Positions 39,769 through 53,027 are shown, counted from the stretch's first letter. The stretch: DNA of 64,000 nucleotides from Octopus vulgaris (GCA_951406725.2 OX597817.1:118544001-118608000), one strand, 5' to 3'. Notes: a model not told the origin generated them from the letters alone. Translations and numbers: made by a program.

Positions 39769-41827
39769 TACTTATGACGTTTATAACATGAGCAAAAAAT
39801 CTTTATCTTCAGTACTATATTTTCTCTTCAGAGCCAGAAATATTTCAGTTCCGACCAGATACTGAATCTCTTCATATTTCAGGTAAAAGTCACGGCAATA
39901 TACTGCTTTCACGTTTACAAGTTTACAGTCAGATACTAAAACATTCTTGCCTGTATAGAAAACAATATGCGGCTGATTGTCATACACTTACTCAGTAAAC
40001 ATTAGCCTAGAAACTCGCTTCTCCCTCTACTTCATAATGTCGCACGGACAACAGTTTCTCTTCACACTTATCTAGTTGTCTTCCGTATCTCCCCTTCTTG
40101 TATTCAATTCTATTTTATCCATTTCGTACGCTTTGGTAGTCACAATTTCCAGTCCTTACCAAGAATGTCCACTCTCTGGAATTTCCTTAAAACACACGCA
40201 CACATTCACGCGTAGAGATACACACATTCATAGACATAAACATCCATACACATTCACACACATTCAAATACACACATACATACACATTTACACAAAAACA
40301 CACACACAGGGACAGAGACACGAGCGCGCATACATACACATCCACACGCACAAACATACGCACATATACAAACACACACACTGACATATTGAGGTATAGA
40401 TTTACATCTGATGAAACTAAACGTCAATTGCAGTATCAAGCTATTAAACTACAGTGTTGGTAATTCTGCAAAGGTCATGAAAACAGTCCTTCATTTTCGG
40501 TGGAAACTATAAAAGACTATACACGATTGAGGTTAACCTGAAATAAATAAAAAAAATTAAACAAATATAAATCGAGGTAGCAATTTTGTAACAGAAATCA
40601 ATGAAAGCAATGTAGCAAATTGCGCACCTATCAACTAAATTCACATTACACCTACATATTCATATTCTCTTGTATAATCATTACGTAATTCATAACTGAA
40701 AGACATTATATTTATCAACGTTGGAATGTGCATAACAAACGGAAGATGATCAATGCAGTAATTGACTGCTGATCATTAGAGACATGACTCAAAATATAAA
40801 GAATATGGAAAGAGAATTTAGTCATGACATGCAATGAGTGAAAATAGTAACACTTCAATAGTGTCCTACATTCAGGAAATTCTAAATCTGAATAATCAGC
40901 GTGAAGAAATTGTTATTAATTATATGCATATGTCAGTATAAAAAGCTTCCTTTTTTTTACCTTCCGGAAGAAAGATCATAGTTGATCTGATCATACACTA
41001 AAGATAAAATTGTATTCGGGTTGAGGGTAAAGTTATTAGCACGCTTTTGCAATTATTTCGTTCGCCGTAATATTTCGCTCGCTGAGATATTGACGCTTTA
41101 TGCCCATAAGTGGTGTTCAATAGAAACAAAACACTAGGCAAGTATACAATCAAATCAATCAGCTGCTTGCTTCACACGCAGTTCTATAGTCGATAAAAGC
41201 AGCTCTATTTTACATATTTCAAAGGTTCTTTATTTTTTTTTTTTTTCACAATACGTGTTATTTTAAGAAGTGTGACTCTAGTTTACGATTTTGAATATTT
41301 GTGACGAACGGCCTTTAACATACAAAGGATAGGAAAATCTATGTTAGGTGAATATATTCCTACATGGTATTGAAAACTGTCAAACTAAGCTTATATGGCT
41401 AACCGTTAACCCCTGAATGATGCAGGAGACTAAGAAGAACTGTTCATTGTTATTATGTTTGTTAGTCATTTGTTATGCTAAAGAGATGATGATGATGATA
41501 ATGGATATAGTAATAGTACATGTGAGATAAGTTGCCGTTCTAAAATTATTTAGCTCACTCCTACACAAACGTCAGAATGAACGGTTTAAATATACGCGAC
41601 CTCCACATTAGTAGCATAAAATATTATTACAGGTACAAAGATAAACAGATATTCTTTCACTTGTTTCAGACATTTCGCTGCGGCCATGATGGAGCACCGC
41701 TTTAGTTGAAGAAATCGCCCCTAGGACTTATACTTTGTAATACAGTTCTATATTTAAGAGAGGAGGAATTTTCATTGTTTACATTATGTACATTAAACGG
41801 ATATTTGTCCTCATCTTGATTGTTGTT

Positions 41828-41873
41828 AACATAACGTTTCGGCTGATATACTCTGCAGCCTTCTTCAGGTGTC
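41828..41873 (-). ncRNA. Minimal type I hammerhead ribozyme motif
   Basis: gacac-CTGAAGA-a-ggctg.cagagtatat.cagcc-GAAAC-GTT-atgtt. Confidence 0.7.
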
Positions 41874-42049
41874 TTGGGGAAATTTCGAATCCGGGTCCTC
41901 ATTCCTAAGGTATTTTTCGATGTCATTATTATTATTGTTGTTGTTGTTGTTGTTGTTTTTCAGGTCAATGCTGGGAATCGAACTCGGAATCTTGGGGTTA
42001 GTAGCCTGCGCTCTTAACCACTACACCACATGCCCACGGGCATAATTAA

Positions 42050-42080
<31 letters not shown>

Positions 42081-42127
42081 TCGAAAAATACCTTAGGAAT
42101 GAGAACCCAGGTTCGAAATTTTCCCAA

Positions 42128-42173
42128 GACACCTGAAGAATGCTGGAGGGTATATCAGCCGAAACATTATGTT
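42128..42173 (+). ncRNA. Minimal hammerhead motif, degenerate inverted copy
   Basis: gacac-CTGAAGA-a-tgctg.gagggtatat.cagcc-GAAAC-ATT-atgtt. Confidence 0.55.
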
Positions 42174-42189
42174 AACAACGTTATGTTAA

Positions 42190-42465
42190 GTACTCCGACT
42201 TAAATTTTTCTGTCATTTCTTTTTCCATCAATTTATCCATTTCCAAAATCTCCAAATACTTATAGCCCGTCTCTTCTATCTGCTTCATAACCTCCCTCGA
42301 CGCGGGATTTTGCCTCTCTTCAAGACAAACACACCACACTTGCTCAGTCCGAACTCCATTCTGATATCAGCACTGAATGTATACACCGTATCAACGAGGG
42401 AACTGACTTAGGTTTCATCTTTACCATAAAGTTTGAGGTCATCTATGAATAACAAATGACTGACA
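42190..42465 (-). mobile_element. R4/Dong RT fragment
   Basis: Manual translation SHLLFIDDLKLYGKDET*VSSLVDTVYTFSADIRMEFGLSKCGVFVLKRGKI..GYKYLEILEMDK. Confidence 0.8.
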
Positions 42466-42576
42466 TTTCGTGTGCGTTTGTACTAGGCTAACAAAGAATA
42501 ATTCTTGGGGTCGATTTGTTCGACTAAAGGTGGTACTCCAGCATCACGGCAGTCAAATAGCTGAAAAAATAAAAGA

Positions 42577-42656
<80 letters not shown>

Positions 42657-42707
42657 CATACATACATAAATACATATGTATATGTATATATATGTATATA
42701 TATATAC

Positions 42708-42763
<56 letters not shown>

Positions 42764-43773
42764 TATAAGCTTAAGGCTTATAAGCAATCACCGTATATTG
42801 ACTAAGGAAAACAGTCTAATACTAGACCATGTAAGCCCTCGACGAAAACAAGTAGGGTTTTCGCACATCTGAGACTCGAAACCACTCCTCTATGTTTTCC
42901 CGACAAGTTTAATACCATTACACCATTGTAGCCTAATGTATATGAGTGTATACATGCGCAAACATGTAAGCACATATCTAAACACACACACACAGGCAGG
43001 CACACACATACAGACGAGCAGAAGCACAGAGATGTATAGTATCGCGAAGCTGTTTTGAGAAATAATGTGTGCGTGAGATGAAGAGAGAATGTATGCATGT
43101 ATGTCTGTAAATACACAAACACAAACACACATACACATACAGATATGGATACATACATGAAACATATGGAGAATGTGTGGCAGAGAAAGATATGTAGTGA
43201 CTGATAGAGACACACATAAAGTGGTATTTAGAGATACAGATATGTATGCGCATGTGTTTGTACGTGTGTACATGTGTGTGCATACGTGCGTGCATGACTC
43301 TCTTTATATATATTTGATCCTATAGATCACTTACCTTTTAACCTAACATTTCGTTCACTTTTTTCAACGCTAAATATTGCATGTTACAGAAGATGGGGAA
43401 ATGACCTTCCAGCTTATGAAACCTTGTACACCAACTGCAAGTTCTTTCATAACGAGCCAGTTTCATGAAGGATTTCACAAAAGGCTTAGATATCGTTTTA
43501 TATGAAGTGGGCAAAAATATAGATGAATCCTCAACTGAACTACAATTACTGTCACACACTTGACAATCTTCTGCATGACATCCACTCCAGTTTATCGGCA
43601 AATGAGTATATTACAAAAATCAAACATCAGTAATTTATGGATTTCTAAATATATCTAGTGTTACTTTATCAAAGTTATACGTCAATGCAAATTTAATGAT
43701 ATCTACATTTAGAATATAGATGCACTAATATGCACACACGCAATAGCGACAGAGAGACACGCACAAATATATG

Positions 43774-43849
<76 letters not shown>

Positions 43850-43852
43850 TGT

Positions 43853-44117
43853 GGAGGCGCAATGGGTCAGTGGTTAGGGCAGCGGACTCGCGGTCGTAGG
43901 ATCACAGTTTCGATTCCCAGACCGGGCGTTGTGAGTGTTTATTGAGCGAAAACACCTAAAAGCTCCACGAGGCTCCGGCAGGGGGTGGTGATCCCTGCTG
44001 TACTCTTTCACCACTCTTTCTTCTGTGGTGGGTGGCGTCATTCGAAGGCTAAAACAATGCGAACGCACTGTGACCAGCGATGTGTAACTACATCTGATGG
44101 ACTGGTCGGTCACGTGA
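43853..44117 (+). mobile_element. tRNA-derived SINE family D (Arg-like head)
   Basis: GGAGGCGCAATGGGTCAGTGGTTAGGGCAGCGGACTCGCG..GTTTCGATTCCC; 3' end ctgatggactggtcggtcacgtga; a related decayed 3' piece lies at ~34860-34940. Confidence 0.8.
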
Positions 44118-44306
44118 TATATATATATATGTATGTATGTATGTATGTACATACCTACATATGTACATATACACATACATACCGCTCCTTACGAAACATT
44201 TGAACTCAATCTTGAATCTACTTCCATCATATACATGCGCACACACACACATACACACATATATATACACATACACACATATATACACACACACATACAC
44301 ACACAT

Positions 44307-44340
<34 letters not shown>

Positions 44341-44347
44341 GTGTGTG

Positions 44348-44600
44348 CTGAGGCGTTGCTGTGTGGTAAGAAGCTTGCTTCCAAACCACATGGTTCCAGG
44401 TTCAGGCCCATTGTGTGGCAAGCGTTTTTTACTATAGCCTCTGGCCGGCGAAAGCCTTGTAAGTGGATTTGGTATACAGAAACTGAAAGAAGCCCATCCT
44501 GTGTGTGTATGTGTGTGTGCATGTGTGTGTGTGTGCGCGTGTGTGTGTGCATGTGTGTGTTTACGTTATTTGTGCTTGTGTCTGTGTTTCAGTCCTCTAC
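44348..44600 (+). mobile_element. SINE family B, 5' half
   Basis: gctgtgtggtaagaagcttgcttccaaaccacatggttccaggttcagg..gaaactgaaagaagccc. Confidence 0.8.
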
Positions 44601-44919
44601 TCACCAACAGACAACCTCCGTTCTTATCTAATCCCCTTGTTCTACCCCTCCCTCGTTCACCGTTTTCTATATTTCTGTCTCTCTCTCTCTCTCTACCTCC
44701 TCTTTCTCTTTTTCTCTCTCTCTCACTCTCTCTCTCTCATTGCTCATGTGTGACCATCGTCTATCTTTCTTCTGCTCACGTGACCATCTTTCTTTCCCTG
44801 CATGGACTGGACGTTTTTTTATCTCCCCTCTATCTTTTCTCTTTTCAAAGATAATATTTCTCCCACCGTTCACTATATTCCTCTCGTTCTTGTCTAATGA
44901 CCCTCTATGTTAGTTTTTG

Positions 44920-45190
44920 CTCGGTTTCCTTGTATGTCTCCACTGTCCTATTTTTGTTCCTAACTTTGACCCTCCATAAATCCTAAATTTTATTTTAGAA
45001 TATATAGGACTCATACTGTCGTTGAAAGCTCGAAATGAGGAGTAGATAGCCAGCCGACAACTGATGAAGGATTGTTCTCTGCGTTTACTTGTCTTGTTTT
45101 CCAGTTTTGTTCTCTTGTTGTTTACGTAGTTAACTCGTTTCTTTTCGTATCTCATGTTGTTTACACAGTTGGTGACGTCTTGTACCCGTA
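44920..45190 (+). repeat. Unassigned dispersed repeat; second copy at ~57660-57797
   Basis: gctcgaa..gtagatag.cagcc.acaactgatgaagg..ctcgttgtttacgta..gtgacgtcttgtacc shared by both loci. Confidence 0.7.
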
Positions 45191-45582
45191 TATACATATA
45201 CATACATACATGCATACATGCATACATACATATATATATACACATATATACATATATTATTTGTATAATATCAATGTAATTGAATTCCACGCATCTACGT
45301 AAGTATATATATATATATATATATATATAATTTAATGTAAACAGTATAAAGATACGAGCTACAAATAGTTACTTTCTTGGAGACACAAGGCGTGTTATCA
45401 AAAGCTACTAAGACCTGCTACTCTAAGCAAGAAACTATTGCTAGCTCGTGTATTTATAGTGTGCACATTAAATGATATCGATCTCTCACTGGATAGATTT
45501 CTTGTCTTTATTGTTGACCTTATCTTGAAACAGTAAATATATATGTGCGAATGTTTGTATGTGTGTGCGCGCGAGTGTATGT

Positions 45583-45645
<63 letters not shown>

Positions 45646-46168
45646 CGGAAGGTATATATTGTATATATATATATACACACACATACACACATTACTACTA
45701 CTACTACTACAGAACAGACACCAGCTCACAACACCCTTTCTCTGAATTCCTTGAAGAAGCGTTCCTTAAACTGAGGTAGTGAAATACAAGGTAGAGGTAA
45801 AAGTCACCATGCTGTCCTATTTCTTATAACTTGCACTGCTTTAGCTTTATAAAAAAAATTTAAACAGGTTGAATATTCCTAGAAAACAAAATTTATTTTC
45901 CATTCTTCTGCGCAATTCCTGAAATTAAACGCTGGAAATAGGAATAAATGCTAGTGAAACTGAATTGTAGCAGACAAGAATACGCTATTGTAATTCCTGA
46001 ATTATTCAGTCAGTCGACGGAATTCTTTCCTAAACGTGAAATTGTGAAATATCTTCATTCAATATTATATATATAGCTGTGTATTCTTTCTTAAGACTAT
46101 GTATACATCTCTCTATCTCTATCTCTCTTTATATATATGTGCATGTGCGTATGTATGTACATATGTAC

Positions 46169-46263
<95 letters not shown>

Positions 46264-47719
46264 TATATAGTTGTGTGTGCATATATATATTGGTGGATAT
46301 TTGTACATGCTCTTATACATGTTATTTATATAAACATGCACTCTTGTGGTTGAGTTATATTCCATATATATTTATATACTATTTATGTGTGCGAACTAGA
46401 AATTCAATCCCAACACTTTATCTCTTAACATTACACACGCTATACTTATGTAATATTCATAGAGAATGTATTCAAGAATTCCCTCCTTGCTTTAATATTC
46501 TAGCTACGTGAAAGCTAACGTATGTATATGATAATTAGTTATTACACATACATACACGCATACATACATACATATGCAAATGCATACTACACTGACATCC
46601 ATCAAGTGGATTAAATGCGTGCTGTAATGTGAACATTTGAGGTAAAACGGTGGTTTATTGATTATGTTATTGATATTTTGTATATTATTTTGCATAGACT
46701 TGGAGCCTTTTTACAGAAGATTGGTTAAGAAAATCCCTTTCGATCATATATGTGTTTAATTGGAATTTAAAATGTAAATTTAGCGAATTCAGAGATTATT
46801 ACCTTTGTTGACATCAATCTAGCATTATACTGCTAACGTTTAACCAAGACGTTTACAGAAAGGGCCTATTATTTACATCATACTATATTTTATACTGTCT
46901 TTCGTCAAGAAGAATCTTTCGCTGGCGATTCGTACGCAAAATATCGATTTTTCTTACTGCGTGCACACAGTTTCTAGGCACATGGTAACACATTATATCA
47001 CACCCTTAAGCTTCAGTTTGCATTCGTAAAACAGAAGCATCATAGACATTCAGTGTTTTTAAATCAGTGAGCCTCTCCAGCAGTAGAAAGCTGAAATTGT
47101 TACATACAAAACCTCGTACAGCACACTTCTCCTACCCCTTCTCTCTCTTTCTCTCACATTTCTCTCTCCACCTCTCTCCATCCCTCTATTTCTCTCTCTC
47201 GCTCTTTCTCTCCCTCCTCCTCTCTCTTTCTCTCTCCTAGAAGTCACTTCGCTAAAAAACGCGACGAACATAAATTGCTAAACAATAATCGAAAGTTCAG
47301 TGACATCATCACTCTATTTTTTCTGTTTCTTTAACTGTTTCTACAACAGATTCTACTTCTCTCAGATAAGTAATAAGTCTAACACCGCCTCCTCCAAGAC
47401 TAGCTGATGTATCAACCAGTTCTCTCTTACCATCCTCAACGCAAATGCGTCCCCAATCATTGCTCCCCAAAGGTATAATCATACGGAGTTCCTCCTCTGA
47501 CTGCGTCGTTGCTCTCATTCGGTCGGAGATGAATCTTCATCGGAAAGATCGGTGACTAATGACTTTCAACCTACAACCACCTCATCTTCACACGTATATA
47601 TAAATATATGCGTATTTAGCTATATATATGAGTGTGCGATGTGTGTGAGTGTATACATTTATGTGTATGTATGTGTATTTATATATATATATATACGCAC
47701 ATACACACACACACACACT

Positions 47720-47750
<31 letters not shown>

Positions 47751-47763
47751 GTGACCATCCGTT

Positions 47764-48062
47764 CTTGGAACTGAAACCATGATCTCGCGGTCTTTATTGC
47801 AAAACCCTAACCATTACACCATGCTTCCTCATATATGTTGCAATATATATATATATATACATATATTGCAGTAACGACCGGGAGATCATGGTTTCAATTC
47901 CAAGACCGGGTGGTGCGTTGTATTCTTGAGCAAAACACTTCATCTCACGTTGCTGTGCGATCACTTTGACACCCAACGCGTGCTACATCGTGCACCTCTT
48001 CAGGCAACGTCGATTTGGCGGAGCGAGTGTGCTAATATACGGCTCATACATTTGATCAATCT
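47764..48062. mobile_element. tRNA-derived SINE with an inverted duplicated head
   Basis: The minus head at 47764-47828 is the reverse complement of the plus head at 47866-47904; the body continues gcgttgtattcttgagcaaaacactt. Confidence 0.7.
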
Positions 48063-49019
48063 AATCAAACCACTTCTGCAGGTTTTTCGGAAAAGGTTGG
48101 ACACACATACCTCATATTCAATGGGTGTGCGTGTGCGTACGTGTGAGTGCGTGTGTGTGAGTGTGTATGTGTGAGTGAGTGTATGTGTGTGAGTGTGTGT
48201 GTATGTGTACACGTGTGTGTATATACACAAGTTATAAATAATGGTTTTACTTTATTAGAGCAAATTTGGCTTACAGCTGTTTCCATTAGTCATTATAGGT
48301 ATGTCTATTCAATCAGTCTATTAATCAGTTTAGAAAAATTGAACGATCTAATGTATTGATGCTCCTTTCGTCATATATTGGTTTGTAATCATGATATACA
48401 ACCAAGAACATTAAAAGTTTACAAATCAACATTGCGCAATTTTCTCGCGTTTAAGTTTATCTTTAAAGATTTTTCTATAGAATTCAGTGCCAACACTGAA
48501 AGTTACGATGTTGTCTTTCTCATTAAAACATTAAGGATGTGATCTGAGGAAGATTTCGCTGTTGTCTTTTTATTCTGCCCATCGAACGGTCGCCGCATTG
48601 ATAGTCCTCATAACACTTGCATGAAACACGTCATGAAATTTACGATAAAAATCACTGCGACAATTCAAGGACTCTATTTCGAAACGGTTCTTGCCGTCAC
48701 ATTTGTGCATCTATTGCTAATAGTTAGGTGAAGTAAGTAAATATTTAATAAATATTTTTTTAATCGACGAATTCAAATTCGACATCCGCAGTACATTTGA
48801 ACTCATGTCGCATTAAGTATGTCATTCAATGCTTTATCCTTCATTGGTCGATCACTTGTCTACAGTTGAGTTACACATTGGTATTAATTCAATTATTTCC
48901 CATAGTTAAATCCGGTCGTATTTGAAGCTAGAAAAGCAAGATACCGATATACATAGCATACATAGTTTAGTTCACCCCATTAGCTTACTTCGCTTCATCT
49001 CACTCACCAGCACGCATCC

Positions 49020-49104
<85 letters not shown>

Positions 49105-50155
49105 TGCATGCATAGCTCTGGCTTGCTACCGTAAAAGAATTAGTACGCAGAGAATTAATTATATTTACTGAATGCTACTCAAGAAAGCCGAGAAAACGTC
49201 TTACGAATATCTACGGAAGGAGAAAGTATAGTTTCTCAACTAATGACACACTGAATAGAAAACGAAGTTGCAACAACTATGGAAACTCGGATTAAAAGAC
49301 TTGTTTTTTTTCTCTCTCTAATACTACATATGTAAACTAATATATACTGTAGCATGTTGTAAGTAAACCAATGCAAATTTGACATTCTTACCTGAGTTTT
49401 CAAATATAGTACTCTCAATATCATTTTGTAAGTGGCTCTGTTATATTTTCTATCAACAACAAACTTATCACGCTTCTAATTTCGAATGAGTTCATCCGTT
49501 TCAAACTGCATCTATGCTGCATAACTCTAGTCTTGATATTATTACATTATCTGTGAAGTATAAATGTTTAATAGATTCAATCGATTGACTATTTTCTCAG
49601 ACAACAACAATAAATCAGAAAATCAGTCATCATGAGAGTATATGAAGGTGGAAAACTTTGAAAGTAAATATCGAATTATAGTCTAGCGAAGAATATATTT
49701 GTTATATAAGTGCATATATATATATATGTGTGTGTGTGTATGTGTGTGTGTACATGTGAGTGCTTTTGTTTTATGATTCAATTATTTTTATTTATATTCA
49801 TAAATTTTATTTTTATTTTCCATTCTTCTTTTCTTCCTTTTATTCATTTTTGTTTATCCTTTGTTGCTTCAGACACATATTTTTCCATTACTATTTTTTT
49901 AATGACCAACAACATTGTTCTAATTCAAAAACCGCTCAGGTCTATCACATTTGTCATAAATACACCAATTTTTAATTTTCCGTTTTCAGTTGCGGGATCA
50001 GTGAGTATATTTGTGAAACACCGATGCAACAATTGAGAATAATCTTAGTATGAGGTTAGGTAATTTCATTACCATTGTATTAGTTAATCTCCATCCTCTT
50101 TATAAATTCATATTTGTAAGTGTATATTATATATATCCTTTTTTTTTTATTTTAC

Positions 50156-50313
50156 TGAAGAATGGGTAAAAATTACTTTGGAAACAATTCAAACTTTGTA
50201 CGAGACCATATCTCGTGGAATTAAAGCTCTAATTACAGCCAAAGGTGGTCCTACTCCATATTAAAATAATTTGTTTGACATTTTGAGGTGTTTCTATTAT
50301 TTTGTTCAACCCC
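50156..50313 (+). mobile_element. Tc1-family transposon right end
   Basis: EEWVKITLETIQTLYETISRGIKALITAKGGPTPY*, then TIR-like attattttgttcaacccct before TA. Confidence 0.75.
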
Positions 50314-50342
50314 TATATATATATACATACGTACACACGTAT

Positions 50343-50590
<248 letters not shown>

Positions 50591-50629
50591 CATGGTTTAT
50601 AATCATTCAAGAGAGAGTAAGAACATGAG

Positions 50630-51755
50630 GATACAGCATTTAATAAAAAATATATTATCTGCAAAAATCAAACATAGTCCCTTACGACTGTTTCAATTAC
50701 GCCTAAAGGGTTAATAGAAATTATTATAATCATTATGTTAGGCAAGATCTTTACAGGATGTAGAAAACAGGTATACCATTAGGTTTTTTTATGTGTTGTG
50801 TTTTAGAATCATCACAGCAGACTGAGTATCTAAAACATGAGTTAATTCTTGAAGCAAATTATATTTTTTGACTACCTTGTCGTCGGCACGCAGATTTCGA
50901 AAGTCAGAACAATTTTTCTTGAGTTCTCACCATTTTGGAATATTTTCTCGGCATATTCACACACAGAGTACCTGCATGTGATGAGTCTTCATCGAATAGT
51001 TAGTAGGAGTGGGATATCTGAGGTGGGGTTTGTATGGAGGGGGTAACGATGAAGAGAAAAGGTGAGTAGGAGTAAAGAGAGGAAGTAGGTGCCTGTTCAC
51101 GGCGAAGGCAGGAGTCCGGATGGCCCCTGTGCAAAGACAACCCAAACACAGACAGGCGTTGTAATGAACGACCAGTGGAGCGGAAATGGCGCAAAACCGG
51201 GGTGTCGTTGCTGAGTCTAATGTCTGGGTTGCTCCGTAAACCGGTCAGCCAAGCGGCGTCCCGTTTGACTGATGTACAGAGGACAGAAAGAGCTGGACAT
51301 GCAGTAAATGACGTAGCTAGAAGTGCATGTAAAGGAATCAGTGACATGATAGAGACAATGATGGGTGCCTGTCAGGATGGTGGTGTTGGAGAGGTAGGGG
51401 CAAGTGCGGCAGCGTAGGCGGGAGCAGGGGAACGAGCCAGGTTGGGAGCTGGGATTAGGGAAGAAATTGTGGATCAGGAGGTCACATAGGTTGTGGGCTC
51501 GTTTGAAGGAGGAGAGGCGTATGTTACGGCCGAAGTTTTTAGAGATGAGTTCCGTGGAGCAGAAAAACTGTTCTGACTTTCGAAATCTGCGTGCCAACGA
51601 CAACGTATTCGGCTATAATTAGTCTAAAAATTATTTGATTTCCTTCAAGAATTAACTCATGTTTTACATACTCAGTCTGCTGTGATGATTCTAAAACACA
51701 ACACATAGAAAACTAATGGTATATCTTTTTTCTACTCCCTTGAAGAGATTTTGCC
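50630..51755 (-). mobile_element. 5'-truncated Penelope-like element with inverted pseudo-LTR
   Basis: GIY-YIG fragment at ~51050-51560; inverted repeat 50741-50919 / 51561-51755; decayed hammerhead stem III GAAACAGTCGTAAGG at 50680-50694 (-). Confidence 0.85.
51050..51560 (-). pseudogene. Penelope GIY-YIG endonuclease C-terminal fragment, frameshifted
   Basis: FKRAHNLCDLL..PCSRLRCRTCPY..FTCTSSYVIYCM..LYISQTGRRLADRFTE / DIRLSNDTPVLRHF..LSVFGL. Confidence 0.85.
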
Positions 51756-51756
51756 G

Positions 51757-51830
<74 letters not shown>

Positions 51831-52764
51831 CATGCACATAAACATATATCTATGTATCAAAAGGTAATATTTATTGTCACATAACGGTACATATAAGCAC
51901 TCGCTAGAGGGTGATAATCATTCAATTATGATATGAACACTCCCGCTTGTTATATGAACACGACCACAGAGGTTCTCTCAGGATAAATAATGCAGTATTC
52001 TGTGCTCTAACACAACATTCACATTTAAGTGGGAAGAAATATTACCTTTGGATATTAATACTGCTTCTTATACAATTAATTACATATATTGGGAGAGATA
52101 TACACGCACACACACACGCTCTCACACACACTCACACTCACACATAGAGGTAGAGAGCAGACAAATAGACGGATATTCGTATAGCCTATTGGTAATGCAG
52201 CTTTAAACTTTAATATAGTGCTAAATGTCCCTTACTTAAGAAGGCACATAGCTAAATTTACTTATATAAGTATTTAGTTGTGTATATCTGTTAGCATATG
52301 CATAAACGTTTGTGGAGTGAAAGTTAGGGTGATATTTGAGTGTATGCGTATCCATTCGAGAATGTGTAGAAGTCGTTTTAGCCGCTAATGTAGATATATG
52401 TGTGCGATTTAATTTAGTTTTAACATACTGCCATACACATTATCATTTGACTATTATGGACGGACAATTTTGCCTTTCATCCCTCCGCGGTCGATAAAGT
52501 CATGTAATGGCGTCGATTAAATCGATTATACCCCCTCCATTACAAACGTATGGCCTTATGTCAATGTAAGAAATCAATATTAACTCAAAAGAGAGTGGCG
52601 GATGATGGCATAATCGATAAAACGCTAGTCAAAATACCTTGCAATGTATATTTACGTTTCTTTACGTTCTGCATCCAAATCTTCCAAGCCCGACATGATC
52701 AGCACCAAAAGATAACAGGGACTTCGTGTGTAATTTAGAAATCAATGTAAACACGACGAAAAGC

Positions 52765-53027
52765 GATTGTTGCTGTTGTTGTCGTGGTGGTGGCGGTGGT
52801 GGTGGTATAGGAGGACGAGGAGAGGACGAGGACGAGGATGGGAGGAAGGAGGAGAAAAGGAGGATGGGAGCAGGAGAGGAGGAGGAGAGCAGGAGGAGGA
52901 AGAGATGAGGAGGAGGAAGAAGAGGAGACGGAGAGGAGGAGGAGGAGAGGTGGTGGTGGTGGTGGTGGTGGTGATGTAGGAGGAAAGGAGGAGGAGGAGG
53001 AGGAGGTGGTAGAAGAGGAGGAGGAAT
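52765..53027. repeat. (GGT)/(GAG) degenerate trinucleotide repeat
   Basis: Direct reading. Confidence 0.9.

Larger units (their letters stand above)
41741..42190. mobile_element. tRNA-head/hammerhead element locus 2: full - copy (41741-42035) plus inverted + body (42077-42190)
   Basis: Foldback around the hairpin ATGCCC-AC-GGGCAT (42030-42043); two hammerhead cores. Confidence 0.85.

Noticed and set aside
43329-43620. Minus-strand 87-aa ORF near a strong AG|GTAAGT donor at ~43334
   Set aside because: The ORF stops just before the donor, starts at TTG and has no recognisable domain; one splice-like motif is insufficient
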